The notes under the pieces: model-generated
The model's database searches: none
Told to the model about the DNA's origin: nothing
What the model saw: the letters and a program-made list of their open reading frames with translations, nothing else
Program-made: the position numbers and the translations under genes
From: Verrucomicrobiales bacterium
GTDB taxonomy: Bacteria > Actinomycetota > Acidimicrobiia > Acidimicrobiales > SHLQ01
Length of the DNA stretch: 64,000 bases
Reading direction: 5' to 3'
Assembly (NCBI GenBank): GCA_047638715.1
Contig: JBLIMK010000002.1
Coordinates: forward strand, 24,161 to 88,160
In this document: one piece after another, positions 1 to 9,261 of the stretch
How positions within the stretch are numbered: position 1 is the stretch's first letter
Layout of the letters: each line of letters starts with the position of its first letter

Positions 1-537
1 TTGCAGGCGATCGATTACCGGAGCGACATTCCGCCCGTGCTGCTAATCGACGAGATCGACCGCGCCGACGACGAGTTCGAGGCCTTTCTTCTCGAAGCGC
101 TGTCGGACTATTCGGTTACTGTGCCCGAGCTTGGCATGTTCCGCGCCAATACACCGCCGATCGTCATCATCACGTCGAACCGCACCCGTGACGTCCACGA
201 TGCGCTGAAGCGTCGAGCGCTCTACCACTGGGTGGAGCATCCCGATTTCGAGCGCGAGGTTTCGATCATCGAGTTGAAAGCGCCAGCGGTTCCGTCTGTG
301 CTCGCTCGCCAAGTCGCGTCGGCCACAGCACAGTTTCGCGAGATGGGAATGTACAAGCCGCCGGGAATCGCCGAAACGCTCGATTGGGCAAACGCATTGC
401 ATCTGCTTTCGGAGACCGAGCTCACCGAAGCCGGCGTCGACGCAACCCTCGGAGCGTTGCTGAAGTATCGAGAAGATCAAGAACGAGCCCGTCGTGCGGG
501 CATCGAGAGTGTGATCGAGATCGCGCTCGGCGCATGA
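1..537 (+). CDS. coxD: MoxR-family AAA+ ATPase, CoxD-like (5' end outside window)
   Basis: Walker B LLIDEIDRAD, FEAFLLE and TSNRTR...DALKRR motifs; followed by a VWA/CoxE gene. Confidence 0.85.
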   Translation: MQAIDYRSDIPPVLLIDEIDRADDEFEAFLLEALSDYSVTVPELGMFRANTPPIVIITSNRTRDVHDALKRRALYHWVEHPDFEREVSIIELKAPAVPSVLARQVASATAQFREMGMYKPPGIAETLDWANALHLLSETELTEAGVDATLGALLKYREDQERARRAGIESVIEIALGA

Positions 538-553
538 GCTCCGCCCTGAGCGC

Positions 554-1681
554 ATGAACGCAGAGGGCGCCGACGCGTTGGTCGAATCCGTTCCGTCGCT
601 AGAGCGACTCACCGCGGGGTTTGTGCATTGCCTTCGCTCCGGCGGGTTGACCGTTCCGATCAGCATGTCCATGCGATTCACTCAAGCGCTTCGAGTGCTG
701 GGTTTGTCGAACGGTGACGATGTCTATTGGGCGGGCCGGGCAACGCTTGTCAGCCGTCCCGAAGACATCGCGATGTACGACGCCATGTTCTTGGCCTTCT
801 TCCACCGAAACGGCACGGGTTTCAAGGTTCGTTTTGAGGATGAACCCGAAACGGCTGCGATCGGCACCGACGACGGAGACGGTGAGGGCGACGGAACCGA
901 TGACGACGTGCTGGCTCTGCGATACAGCGCAGCCGAGGTGCTCGGCGAGAAGGACTTTGCCGATTTCACGCGCGAGGAGCTCTACGAAGCGCAGAAGATA
1001 ATGAACAAGATGCGACTGCGGCCGTCGCAGCGGTCGTCACGGCGCCGCGTGACCTCATCGGCGGGGGATCGCCAAGATCTGCGGCGAACGGTGCGCGCTG
1101 CGATGAAGACCGGCGGCGAAGCGCTCGAGTTGCGCAAGACAACGACGAGCACCCGGACTCGACGTCTGATCTTGCTGCTCGACGTGAGTGGCTCAATGGA
1201 GCCTTATGCGCGGGTGCTGATTCGATTCGCGCACGCGGCGGTGGTCGGTCGAGGTCGGGTCGAGGTCTTCGGGCTCGGGACACGGCTGACCCGCATGACC
1301 CGCCAGCTCGGCTCGCACGACGTGGACGAAGCCGTTGTTGCGGCCGCCGAGTCGGTGGTCGATTGGTCTGGAGGCACGCGTCTCGGTGAGGCGATAGGAA
1401 CATTCAACGACGAATGGGGCCTGCGCGGCATGGCCCGCGGAGCGATCGTCGTGATCCTCTCCGACGGCTGGGACCGGGGCGAGCCCGAGAGAATGTCGAG
1501 CGAAATGGAGCGGCTTCACCGAGCGGCGCATCGAGTCGTCTGGGTGAATCCGCTGAAAGCGAGTCCAGGCTACGAACCGATTGCACGTGGGATGGCAGCG
1601 GCGATGCCGCACATCGACACCTTCCTCGAGGGTCATTGTCTCGACTCCTTAGAGACGCTGGCTGAATCGATTGGGGCGTGA
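554..1681 (+). CDS. coxE: VWA domain CoxE-like protein
   Basis: MIDAS DVSGSM, WSGGTRLG, ILSDGWDRG, VWVNPL motifs. Confidence 0.9.
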   Translation: MNAEGADALVESVPSLERLTAGFVHCLRSGGLTVPISMSMRFTQALRVLGLSNGDDVYWAGRATLVSRPEDIAMYDAMFLAFFHRNGTGFKVRFEDEPETAAIGTDDGDGEGDGTDDDVLALRYSAAEVLGEKDFADFTREELYEAQKIMNKMRLRPSQRSSRRRVTSSAGDRQDLRRTVRAAMKTGGEALELRKTTTSTRTRRLILLLDVSGSMEPYARVLIRFAHAAVVGRGRVEVFGLGTRLTRMTRQLGSHDVDEAVVAAAESVVDWSGGTRLGEAIGTFNDEWGLRGMARGAIVVILSDGWDRGEPERMSSEMERLHRAAHRVVWVNPLKASPGYEPIARGMAAAMPHIDTFLEGHCLDSLETLAESIGA

Positions 1682-1715
1682 GGGTTCAGCGATCTGGCGC
1701 TACTCTCACATCACG

Positions 1716-2030
1716 ATGAAAGAGCTTCTGAACGATCTCGATCGCTGGCAACGCCAGGGCAAGGCAATCGCCGTGGCGCGGGTGGTCGATCTCGATGGCT
1801 CGGGGCCCCGACTCCCGGGCGCGGCCATGGCCGTGAACGAAGACGGCGAGGTCGCAGGGTCGGTCTCGGGCGGATGTGTCGAGGGGGCTGTCGTCACCGA
1901 AGCATTGGACGTCATTGAGTCGCGCGATCGACGAACGGTCACCTTTGGGTACTCCGATGACGAGGCTTTCGCTGTCGGCCTCACGTGCGGTGGAACGATT
2001 CACCTCTTCATCGAACCGCTGGATTGGTAG
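1716..2030 (+). CDS. XdhC/CoxI family protein, N-terminal module (104 aa)
   Basis: GSGPR.PGAAM, GSVSGGCVEGAV, GLTCGG motifs; ATG 1716 chosen over the track start 1671. Confidence 0.9.
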   Translation: MKELLNDLDRWQRQGKAIAVARVVDLDGSGPRLPGAAMAVNEDGEVAGSVSGGCVEGAVVTEALDVIESRDRRTVTFGYSDDEAFAVGLTCGGTIHLFIEPLDW

Positions 2031-2034
2031 CCCT

Positions 2035-2823
2035 GTGACGGACACGCCGCTCTTCGCCATGTTGCGCGATGCCATTCGGGCCGAGGCACCGATCGCACTC
2101 GCCACGGTGATCGAGGGACCACATCTCGGAGCCAAGATGCTGGTCGGTCCCGACAACACGGATGGATCGCTCGGCGACGATGATCTCGATCGGGTCGTGT
2201 CGCGCGACGTGCTCGGTGAGCTCGCGGCAGGTCGTACCGGTATTCGTCGTTACGGCGCCCAGGGGCAAGCGCGGGCAGACGATGTTTCGGTGTTCATCGA
2301 GAGCTTCGCCCCGCCGCCCCAGATGCTGATCTTCGGTGCGGTCGACTTCACCGCGGCGTTGGCGCGCGTGGCCAAGTTCCTCGGGTATCGAGTGACCGTG
2401 TGTGACGCTCGGCCGATGTTCGCGACGAAAAAGCGGTTTCCGTTCGCGGACGATGTGGTGGTCGATTGGCCGAATCGTTTGCTCGACGAGGTTGGACCGA
2501 TGCTTCGTGAACGCGACGCCATCGCCGTGCTTACCCACGACGCGAAGTTCGATATTCCAGCGATCACATCCGCGCTTCTGACCGAGGTGGGCTACATCGG
2601 TGTCATGGGATCACGTCGGACCCACGACGATCGGACGAAGCGCCTGATCGATGCCGGAGTCACGAGCGAGGAACTCGAGCGCCTCCGTTCACCGATCGGC
2701 ATCGATCTCGGAGGTCGTACCCCCGAGGAGACAGCTGTTTCGATCGTCGCGGAGATTATTGCATTGCGAACCGGCCGGATCGTGCCAGCGCTCAGGGACG
2801 CCGACGGTCCAATCCACCGATGA
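2035..2823 (+). CDS. XdhC family Moco-insertion chaperone, second module plus Rossmann-like XdhC_C domain
   Basis: IFGAVDF, VCDARP.FAT..RFP, LTHD.KFD, YIGVMGS, PIGIDLGGRTPEETAVSI.AEII; GTG 2035. Confidence 0.9.
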   Translation: MTDTPLFAMLRDAIRAEAPIALATVIEGPHLGAKMLVGPDNTDGSLGDDDLDRVVSRDVLGELAAGRTGIRRYGAQGQARADDVSVFIESFAPPPQMLIFGAVDFTAALARVAKFLGYRVTVCDARPMFATKKRFPFADDVVVDWPNRLLDEVGPMLRERDAIAVLTHDAKFDIPAITSALLTEVGYIGVMGSRRTHDDRTKRLIDAGVTSEELERLRSPIGIDLGGRTPEETAVSIVAEIIALRTGRIVPALRDADGPIHR

Positions 2824-2845
2824 TCTCGATCCACCAATGACGGCG

Positions 2846-3286
2846 TTAAGGTCGAACGGAGAAGGATGCAGTCCAGTGTTCGAAGCTTGCATCGTTGATG
2901 TAGAGCGTCCACATGAAGCGTTTGCCTCTGGGAAGCGGGAGTGCACCAAAGTTGATCCCGAGCGGAACCCAAAGTTCGCTCCCCGGCGCCACACCCGCTG
3001 GTCGGCCGGCCTCGAACTGTCCGTTCAGGCTGATGGCTTTTTCACGGACGATGACCGCATGGCCATCTTCATCGGTGAGGTCGAGCCGCCATTGATGCTT
3101 GACGTTCGCTTGATCCCACGGCACTCCGATTCGCACAGCGACCGAAATTTGTTGCGGACGCGGACCGATGACGCCGAGTCCGCCGCCGAGGATGAAGAGC
3201 TTTCCGTCGGTGACCTGCACTGCATCGGCCATCAGCACGATGGCTCGAAACGCGGGAGGGTTGAACGTCAGGTCTGGCTGGTCCAC
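2846..3286 (-). CDS. Conserved hypothetical protein (DUF6941-like)
   Basis: LMADAVQV.DGKLFILGGG, VPWDQAN..H motifs; -10-like TAGGGT 7 nt before the GTG. Confidence 0.65.
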   Translation of the reverse strand: MDQPDLTFNPPAFRAIVLMADAVQVTDGKLFILGGGLGVIGPRPQQISVAVRIGVPWDQANVKHQWRLDLTDEDGHAVIVREKAISLNGQFEAGRPAGVAPGSELWVPLGINFGALPLPRGKRFMWTLYINDASFEHWTASFSVRP

Positions 3287-3330
3287 GGCGATGACCCTAC
3301 CGGGTTGGCCATCGGTCCTGGAGTTGTGCG

Positions 3331-4362
3331 GTGAGCATCGCGGCTGTCGTCCTCGCTGCTGGCGCAGGCTCGCGGTTCTCGAGCACGGCGAACAAGCTTC
3401 GAGCCGAGCTCGACAGCCAACCGGTTCTGTTGTGGTCGGTCGACGCTGCTCGTGGGGCGGGGTTCGACGAGGTGATCGTCGTCGTCGGCGACGACGCGTT
3501 CGACGACATCCTCACCAACGATGTGCATGTGCTGCACGCGCCTCAGTGGATGGACGGCCAGTCGCACTCCCTTCAGGTTGCGGTCTCCTATGCACGCGAA
3601 AAGGGCCACGATGCAATCGTCGTAGGACTCGGTGATCAGCCACTTGTTGGGCAATCGACTTGGAATGCACTGAGGATGGCCGATGCCTCCGGCATCGCCG
3701 TCGCTACATATGCGGGCCTGCGTCGCCCACCGACCCGCCTTGCAGCTTCGCTGTGGGATTCGCTTCCGACCCAAGGTGACGAGGGCGCGAGGGTTCTGAT
3801 CCGAAGCTCGCCCGAACTTGTGTCCGAGGTTGCGAGCGCAGGCAGTCCGCTCGACGTCGACACCGACGACGCTCTCGATGCGGTCCGCGGGCGTCATATC
3901 GACCGCCTCGCGGTTACGGCTCTGCTCGGTCGCGAACCAATGGGCCCGTTCGAGGTAGTCGTCCGGACCAATGCGGGCGACCCGGTCGTGTTGAAGAACT
4001 ATCCGCTCCTCGCCAACGGACGGCCGATGCCCACGTTGTATTGGCTGTGCGGAGAACGTGAGTCGATGCTGGTCGGACGCCTCGAGGCAATGAAGGGAGT
4101 CCGACGTGCCGAGGCCGACCTCGGGCTCGACGTTATCAACGCCGCCCACGAGCGATATCGAGAAGAGCGCGACGCCATTCTCAACGCGGCGACAAGTCAG
4201 CCAGCGCATCGGCCAACAGGCGGGGTTGGCGGGACGCGAAATGGCGTCAAGTGTCTGCACGCCCACTACGGCTATTGGCTCGCGGGTGGCGACGATCCGG
4301 TCGGGCAGTGGGTTGCTGACCATTTGCATGAAGTCGACTCTTCGACCTGGCCAGCGGCGTAG
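3331..4362 (+). CDS. Fusion: MocA/MobA-like NTP transferase (N-terminal ~185 aa) + DUF501 domain (C-terminal)
   Basis: VVLAAGAGSRF...KL, GQSHSL, LGDQP, DVDT; then G.PMPTLYWL, GGVGG, VKCLHAH. Confidence 0.85.
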   Translation: MSIAAVVLAAGAGSRFSSTANKLRAELDSQPVLLWSVDAARGAGFDEVIVVVGDDAFDDILTNDVHVLHAPQWMDGQSHSLQVAVSYAREKGHDAIVVGLGDQPLVGQSTWNALRMADASGIAVATYAGLRRPPTRLAASLWDSLPTQGDEGARVLIRSSPELVSEVASAGSPLDVDTDDALDAVRGRHIDRLAVTALLGREPMGPFEVVVRTNAGDPVVLKNYPLLANGRPMPTLYWLCGERESMLVGRLEAMKGVRRAEADLGLDVINAAHERYREERDAILNAATSQPAHRPTGGVGGTRNGVKCLHAHYGYWLAGGDDPVGQWVADHLHEVDSSTWPAA

Positions 4363-4410
4363 CTCAGAGCAGGGCCTCGCCGGCCGCGAGGTCCTAACCT
4401 GGGTCCGACT

Positions 4411-5322
4411 ATGACGAACCCCATGTACGCCGGGATCGATTGCGGCACGAATTCGACCCGACTCATTATCGGTGACGGAACCACGACCTTCGAACGAGAG
4501 ATGACGATTACCGGTCTCGGTCGGGGTGTCGATGCGACGGGCCGACTGTCCAATGACGGAATCGAGCGGGTGCGTGGAGCGCTCCAGCGCTATCGGGCGA
4601 TCATGGATCGCTACGAACTCGCGGGTGTTCGGATGACCGCCACCTCGGCGGCACGCGATGCTTCGAATCGCGACCTGTTCTTCGATGTCTCCGAGCAGAC
4701 GGTCGGGGTCAGACCCGAGTTGATCTCCGGCGTGGAGGAGGCCGAGCTCTCCTTTCTTGGCGCGACGGCCGAGCTCGATCCGGCCGACGGCCCATTTCTG
4801 GTATTCGACATCGGCGGCGGTTCGACCGAATTCGCTATTGGCAGTGCTCGCATGGAGGGCGGTTTCTCGACCGATATGGGCAGCGTCCGATTCTCGGAGA
4901 AGTACATCGAGAGCGATCCGCCTCTGCCCGAAGAGCTATTGGCCTGCCTATCGGTCGCCGAAGCGCATATCGATGACGTCGTTCGAGAGGTCCCGATGGT
5001 TCTTAGCGCGCGGCAATTAGTGGGGCTCGCGGGCACCGTCTCGACCGCCGCTGCTGTGGAGATCGGATTGGCCGAATACGACCGCGAGCAGGTCCACCAC
5101 TTCCGACTGACACGAGAGGCGATCGAGGATGTGTATCGGACCTTGGTGACCGAGGCGCGCGCCGATCGAATACACAATCCCGGACTCGAGGAGGGTCGTC
5201 TCGATACGATCGTGGGTGGTATGTGTATCCTCGCCCGAATCGTCCGCTACTTCGACGCCCAGGACGTGCTCGTCTCCGAGAGTGACATTCTCGATGGGCT
5301 CATCTTGTCGCAGATGCCGTGA
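4411..5322 (+). CDS. ppx: Ppx/GppA family exopolyphosphatase
   Basis: IDCGTNSTRL, ATSAARDA.N, DIGGGSTE, SESDILDG. Confidence 0.92.
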   Translation: MTNPMYAGIDCGTNSTRLIIGDGTTTFEREMTITGLGRGVDATGRLSNDGIERVRGALQRYRAIMDRYELAGVRMTATSAARDASNRDLFFDVSEQTVGVRPELISGVEEAELSFLGATAELDPADGPFLVFDIGGGSTEFAIGSARMEGGFSTDMGSVRFSEKYIESDPPLPEELLACLSVAEAHIDDVVREVPMVLSARQLVGLAGTVSTAAAVEIGLAEYDREQVHHFRLTREAIEDVYRTLVTEARADRIHNPGLEEGRLDTIVGGMCILARIVRYFDAQDVLVSESDILDGLILSQMP

Positions 5323-5930
5323 TCCGTTCAGCACCAGAGCCGGGGTCGGTCCCACTCATTGGGCGACGCCTTGTGCTGCGTCCACTCACGTCGGACGACT
5401 ACGCCCAGTGGCGAGAGGTTCGCATGGTCAACGACGAATGGCTCACGAAATGGGAGCCCCAGCGAATCGCTGGCCAGCCCGATCTTGTGCAGAGCCGGCA
5501 GGCGTTCTCGTCACGATGCGCGGCGCGTCAACGAGAGCGACAGCTCGGCACGGGTTACGGCTTTGGGATTTTCGTTGGCGACTACCTTGCGGGGGAAATG
5601 AACGTTTCGGCGATCCAACGGGGGCCGTTCCAGAACGCCTATGTCGGCTACTGGATCGATCAACGACACGCCGGCCAGGAGTACACGCCTGAGGCGTTGG
5701 TCGTGGCGATGCAATTCGCGTTCGGCGAGCTTCGCCTCCACCGACTACAGATAGCGATCATCCCTCGCAACAGGCCGTCCCGTCGCGTTGTGGAGAAACT
5801 TGGTATTCGCTTAGAAGGCATGGCCGAGCGTTATCTCGAAATCAACGGCAACTGGGAGGACCACCTCCGGTATGCCATCACCACCGAAGAATGGCAAGAA
5901 CGCAAAACCGAATTGAGCGCCTGGCTCTGA
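5319..5930 (+). CDS. RimJ/RimL-type GNAT N-acetyltransferase
   Basis: WEP, RGPFQNAYVGYWID, LHRLQIAIIPRNRPSRRVVEKLG..EG, WEDH. Confidence 0.88.
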   Translation: MIRSAPEPGSVPLIGRRLVLRPLTSDDYAQWREVRMVNDEWLTKWEPQRIAGQPDLVQSRQAFSSRCAARQRERQLGTGYGFGIFVGDYLAGEMNVSAIQRGPFQNAYVGYWIDQRHAGQEYTPEALVVAMQFAFGELRLHRLQIAIIPRNRPSRRVVEKLGIRLEGMAERYLEINGNWEDHLRYAITTEEWQERKTELSAWL

Positions 5931-6004
5931 TCCCTAGCTTCTCGTCCCCTTCGGGGAGCGTTCATTCGCCAGCGCTGGAGCGAGGCAGGAGCGGGAGATT
6001 TGTA

Positions 6005-7294
6005 TTATGGCCAGATACCGCGTTGTTCGAAGACGGTGCCGATGCGGTTGAGGGCGACGGCGTAGGCGGCTTCTCGACGCGTGCATGCGAGGCGCTTCTT
6101 CTCCGCTTCGATCGCATCTGCGGCTTCCCAGAGATAACGACGCAGCTCGTCGTCGACATCGGAAAGTCTCCAACGCGCGCTCATCTTGTTCTGCAGCCAT
6201 TCGAAGTAGGAGACGATAACGCCGCCAGCGTTCGCCAGCACGTCGGGTAGTACCTCGATGCCACGGTCGAGCAGGATGCGTTCGCCATCGACGCTGGTTG
6301 GGCCGTTCGCGCCCTCAAGCACGACGTTGGCCCGAACGTTGGGTGCGCGATCGGTCGTGATCTGGTTCTCGATCGCTGCCGGCACGAGAATGTCGACGTC
6401 GGCGTGGAAGAACTCTTCGACGTCGATCACCTCGGCATCATCGAAGCCAGCCACGCCGCCGGCTTCACTCGTGTGTCGCCAAAGCGCTTCAGCGTCGATG
6501 CCGTGTCCGTTCATGATCGAACCGGTGTGGTCCGAGACGTGCGTGAGCGAAACGCCCATCCGAGCGAGTGCACGAGCGCTGTGCTCGCCGACGTTGCCGA
6601 AGCCCTGGATGGCGGCGGTGGTGCCTCGCAAGTCTCGGTCTACCCGTTCGAAATGGTGAGCGAGAATGAAGGCGGCACCCTGGCCGGTTGCCTTGTCGCG
6701 TCCGAGCGACCCGCCGGTCTCGATCGTCTTGCCGGTAACGACACGGCGAGTGTTTTGGCGGTCATTTCCGCCGCCACCGGAATGGAGGTACGTGTCCATC
6801 ATCCACACCATCGCCTGCGCGTTCGAGCCGATGTCGGGGGCTGGTATGTCGTGCTCAGGCCCGATGTTGGAGCCAAGTGCATGGGTGAAACGACGGATGA
6901 TCCGCTCGAGCTCGGGCTGGCTGTGCTCGCGGGGGTTGAAGGCGATGCCGCCCTTCGCTCCGCCGAACGGCACGCCCGACAATGAGGTCTTCCAGGTCAT
7001 CCACATCGCGAGGGCCTTGACCTCGCCGAGATCGACGTCGGGAGCGAACCGCAGCCCACCCTTGAAAGGGCCAAGAACGTCGTTGTGTTGGACGCGGTAC
7101 CCGCGGAAAACGCGAAGTTCGCCGTCATCCATCTCGACAGGGAAGTTGACGATGATCTCGTTCTTTGGAGATCGCAAGATCGTACGAACTCGATCGGAGA
7201 GTCCAATCAGCTCGGCAGCCGCGTCGAATTGTTCGACCGCAGTTTCAAAGAGCTGTTCACCATCGGTGGTGTCGCTCGACCGTCTCGTGGGCAT
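6005..7294 (-). CDS. gdhA: Glu/Leu/Phe/Val dehydrogenase (glutamate dehydrogenase)
   Basis: GYRVQH, GPFKGGLRF, FGGAKGG, DIPAPD, VTGK, QGFGNVG, EGANGP, NAGGV.VSYFEW. Confidence 0.92.
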   Translation of the reverse strand: MPTRRSSDTTDGEQLFETAVEQFDAAAELIGLSDRVRTILRSPKNEIIVNFPVEMDDGELRVFRGYRVQHNDVLGPFKGGLRFAPDVDLGEVKALAMWMTWKTSLSGVPFGGAKGGIAFNPREHSQPELERIIRRFTHALGSNIGPEHDIPAPDIGSNAQAMVWMMDTYLHSGGGGNDRQNTRRVVTGKTIETGGSLGRDKATGQGAAFILAHHFERVDRDLRGTTAAIQGFGNVGEHSARALARMGVSLTHVSDHTGSIMNGHGIDAEALWRHTSEAGGVAGFDDAEVIDVEEFFHADVDILVPAAIENQITTDRAPNVRANVVLEGANGPTSVDGERILLDRGIEVLPDVLANAGGVIVSYFEWLQNKMSARWRLSDVDDELRRYLWEAADAIEAEKKRLACTRREAAYAVALNRIGTVFEQRGIWP

Positions 7295-7340
7295 GTTGTG
7301 TCACCTCGGACGATCGCGGTTGATCGCTTTGATGTCATGG

Positions 7341-7360
7341 TGTGATCGCCGTTGATCACA
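7341..7360. promoter_or_regulatory. Palindromic operator candidate TGTGATC-N6-GATCACA upstream of gdhA
   Basis: Perfect 7-bp inverted repeat 47-66 nt upstream of the gdhA start. Confidence 0.45.
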
Positions 7361-7456
7361 GCAGGAAAAAATGTAGCGCTTGTAGGCGTCACACACCGAC
7401 CATCTCGCATGCGATTTCGCGTTCGGGTTAAGGCGTGCGCCGCAAAAGCGGCCGAA

Positions 7457-8227
7457 TCAGCTGTTGTGGGTAGCCGCTGCAAGCGAAGCGAGCGCTGCCT
7501 CGGCGTGTTCGGGTCGACAGATCAACAGATCGGGGAGGTAGGGATCTTCATGGTTGTAAGTCAGTTCGCTGCCATCGATTCGACTGCAGTGCAGGCCGGC
7601 GGCGAGTGCAACAGCGACCGGAGCGCACGAATCCCATTCGTACTGACCGCCCGAGTGTGCGTACATTTCGGATTCGCCACGGACCACCGACATTGCTTTG
7701 GCGCCTGCAGATCCCATCTCGACAAGTTCTGCTCCGAGGTCCTCGGCCACTGCGAGCGCTGCGGCCGGCGGGCGACTTCGACTGACGATCATCCGCGGGG
7801 GAGTGGCGCCAGTTTCGGGCATCAGCACTGGATCGGCGGTCGACAGGGTGATTCCGAGAGAGGGCAGTGCAACGGCACCGACCACCGGCTTGCCGTCGAC
7901 GACCATGGCGACGTGGACGGCCCAATCGGTTCGTGGCGGCTCGGAAAACTCTCTCGTTCCGTCGACCGGATCGACGATCCATGTCCGTTCGGCAGTTAAC
8001 CGTTCGGTCCCGTCTTTGCCCTCCTCGCTCAAGATCGCGTCGTCCGGGCGAACTCGGCGAAGTTCTTCCATAATGAACACGTGCGAACGTTGGTCACCCT
8101 CGTCCTTCATTTCCTTCGAGTCAGCCCCGCGAGACGTCATTTCGTCACGGATCGAGAGTAGAAGTTCACCCGCAGCGGTGGCGATGCGTGCGGCTTCGAG
8201 ATGGTCGTCATGGGTCACAGTTGTCAT
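7457..8227 (-). CDS. cysQ: 3'(2'),5'-bisphosphate nucleotidase CysQ
   Basis: LSEE, WIVDPVDGTREF, VSRSR, MGSAGAK, GGQYEWD; divergent from cysDNC. Confidence 0.9.
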   Translation of the reverse strand: MTTVTHDDHLEAARIATAAGELLLSIRDEMTSRGADSKEMKDEGDQRSHVFIMEELRRVRPDDAILSEEGKDGTERLTAERTWIVDPVDGTREFSEPPRTDWAVHVAMVVDGKPVVGAVALPSLGITLSTADPVLMPETGATPPRMIVSRSRPPAAALAVAEDLGAELVEMGSAGAKAMSVVRGESEMYAHSGGQYEWDSCAPVAVALAAGLHCSRIDGSELTYNHEDPYLPDLLICRPEHAEAALASLAAATHNS

Positions 8228-8355
8228 AGCGGTATCCAACCTAGGATTCATTTTGGACAGAAATGTCGGAGATCACGGAAACGAAACCTCAGGGTCTTTA
8301 TCGGCGTGCCGATGAAGGCACTGAACGTTCGGTCCAGAGGAGTTGGCACTCAATC

Positions 8356-9261
8356 ATGTCGTACGAGCTATCCCATCTGAGGGAACTCGAGGCGGAATCC
8401 ATTCACATCATGCGTGAGGTGGCCGCGGAGTTCGAAAATCCTGCATTGATGTTCTCGGGGGGCAAGGATTCGATCGTGATGCTGCGTCTCGCCGAGAAGG
8501 CATTCGCACCCGCGAAGATTCCTTATCCTGTCCTGCACATCGATACCGGTCACAACTTTCGCGAGGTCATGGACTTCCGCGATCAGCGAACCGCTGAGGT
8601 TGGCGCTCGACTGATCGTCGCCTCCGTGCAGGACACGATCGATAAGGGTCGTGTCGCTGAGGAAACCGGAGCTCGCGCATCGCGAAACCGCCTCCAAACA
8701 ACAACACTTCTCGACGCAATCGAAGAACACCGCTTCGACGCCCTCTTCGGAGGCGCTCGCCGAGATGAGGAGAAGGCTCGGGCGAAGGAGCGGGTCTATT
8801 CATTCCGGGACGAATTCGGCCAGTGGGATCCAAAAGCCCAGCGCCCAGAGCTCTGGAATTTGTACAACGGGCGAATCAAGATGGGCGAACACATTCGTGT
8901 GTTCCCGATCTCGAACTGGACCGAGCTCGACATTTGGCAGTACATCGCCGATGACAAGATCGAGATCCCATCGATCTACTTCGCTCACAAACGGCGTGTC
9001 TTTGAGCGCGACGGCATGCTCCTCGCAGAGAATGATTTCGTCGAGCGCATGGAAGGCGAAGAGGTCTACGAAGAGCTCGTTCGTTATCGCACCGTCGGCG
9101 ACATCACGATCACCGGCGCTGTCGAGTCCAGCGCAGACACGGTCGACAAGATCATCGACGAAGTGGCTGCCACTCGCAAGACCGAACGAGGCGCTACCCG
9201 TGCCGACGATCGAGTTTCAGAGGCAGCGATGGAAGATCGCAAGAAAGAGGGCTACTTCTAA
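8356..9261 (+). CDS. cysD: Sulfate adenylyltransferase subunit 2
   Basis: LEAESIHIMREV, FSGGKDS, GGARRDEEKARAKER, MEDRKKEGYF. Confidence 0.97.
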   Translation: MSYELSHLRELEAESIHIMREVAAEFENPALMFSGGKDSIVMLRLAEKAFAPAKIPYPVLHIDTGHNFREVMDFRDQRTAEVGARLIVASVQDTIDKGRVAEETGARASRNRLQTTTLLDAIEEHRFDALFGGARRDEEKARAKERVYSFRDEFGQWDPKAQRPELWNLYNGRIKMGEHIRVFPISNWTELDIWQYIADDKIEIPSIYFAHKRRVFERDGMLLAENDFVERMEGEEVYEELVRYRTVGDITITGAVESSADTVDKIIDEVAATRKTERGATRADDRVSEAAMEDRKKEGYF

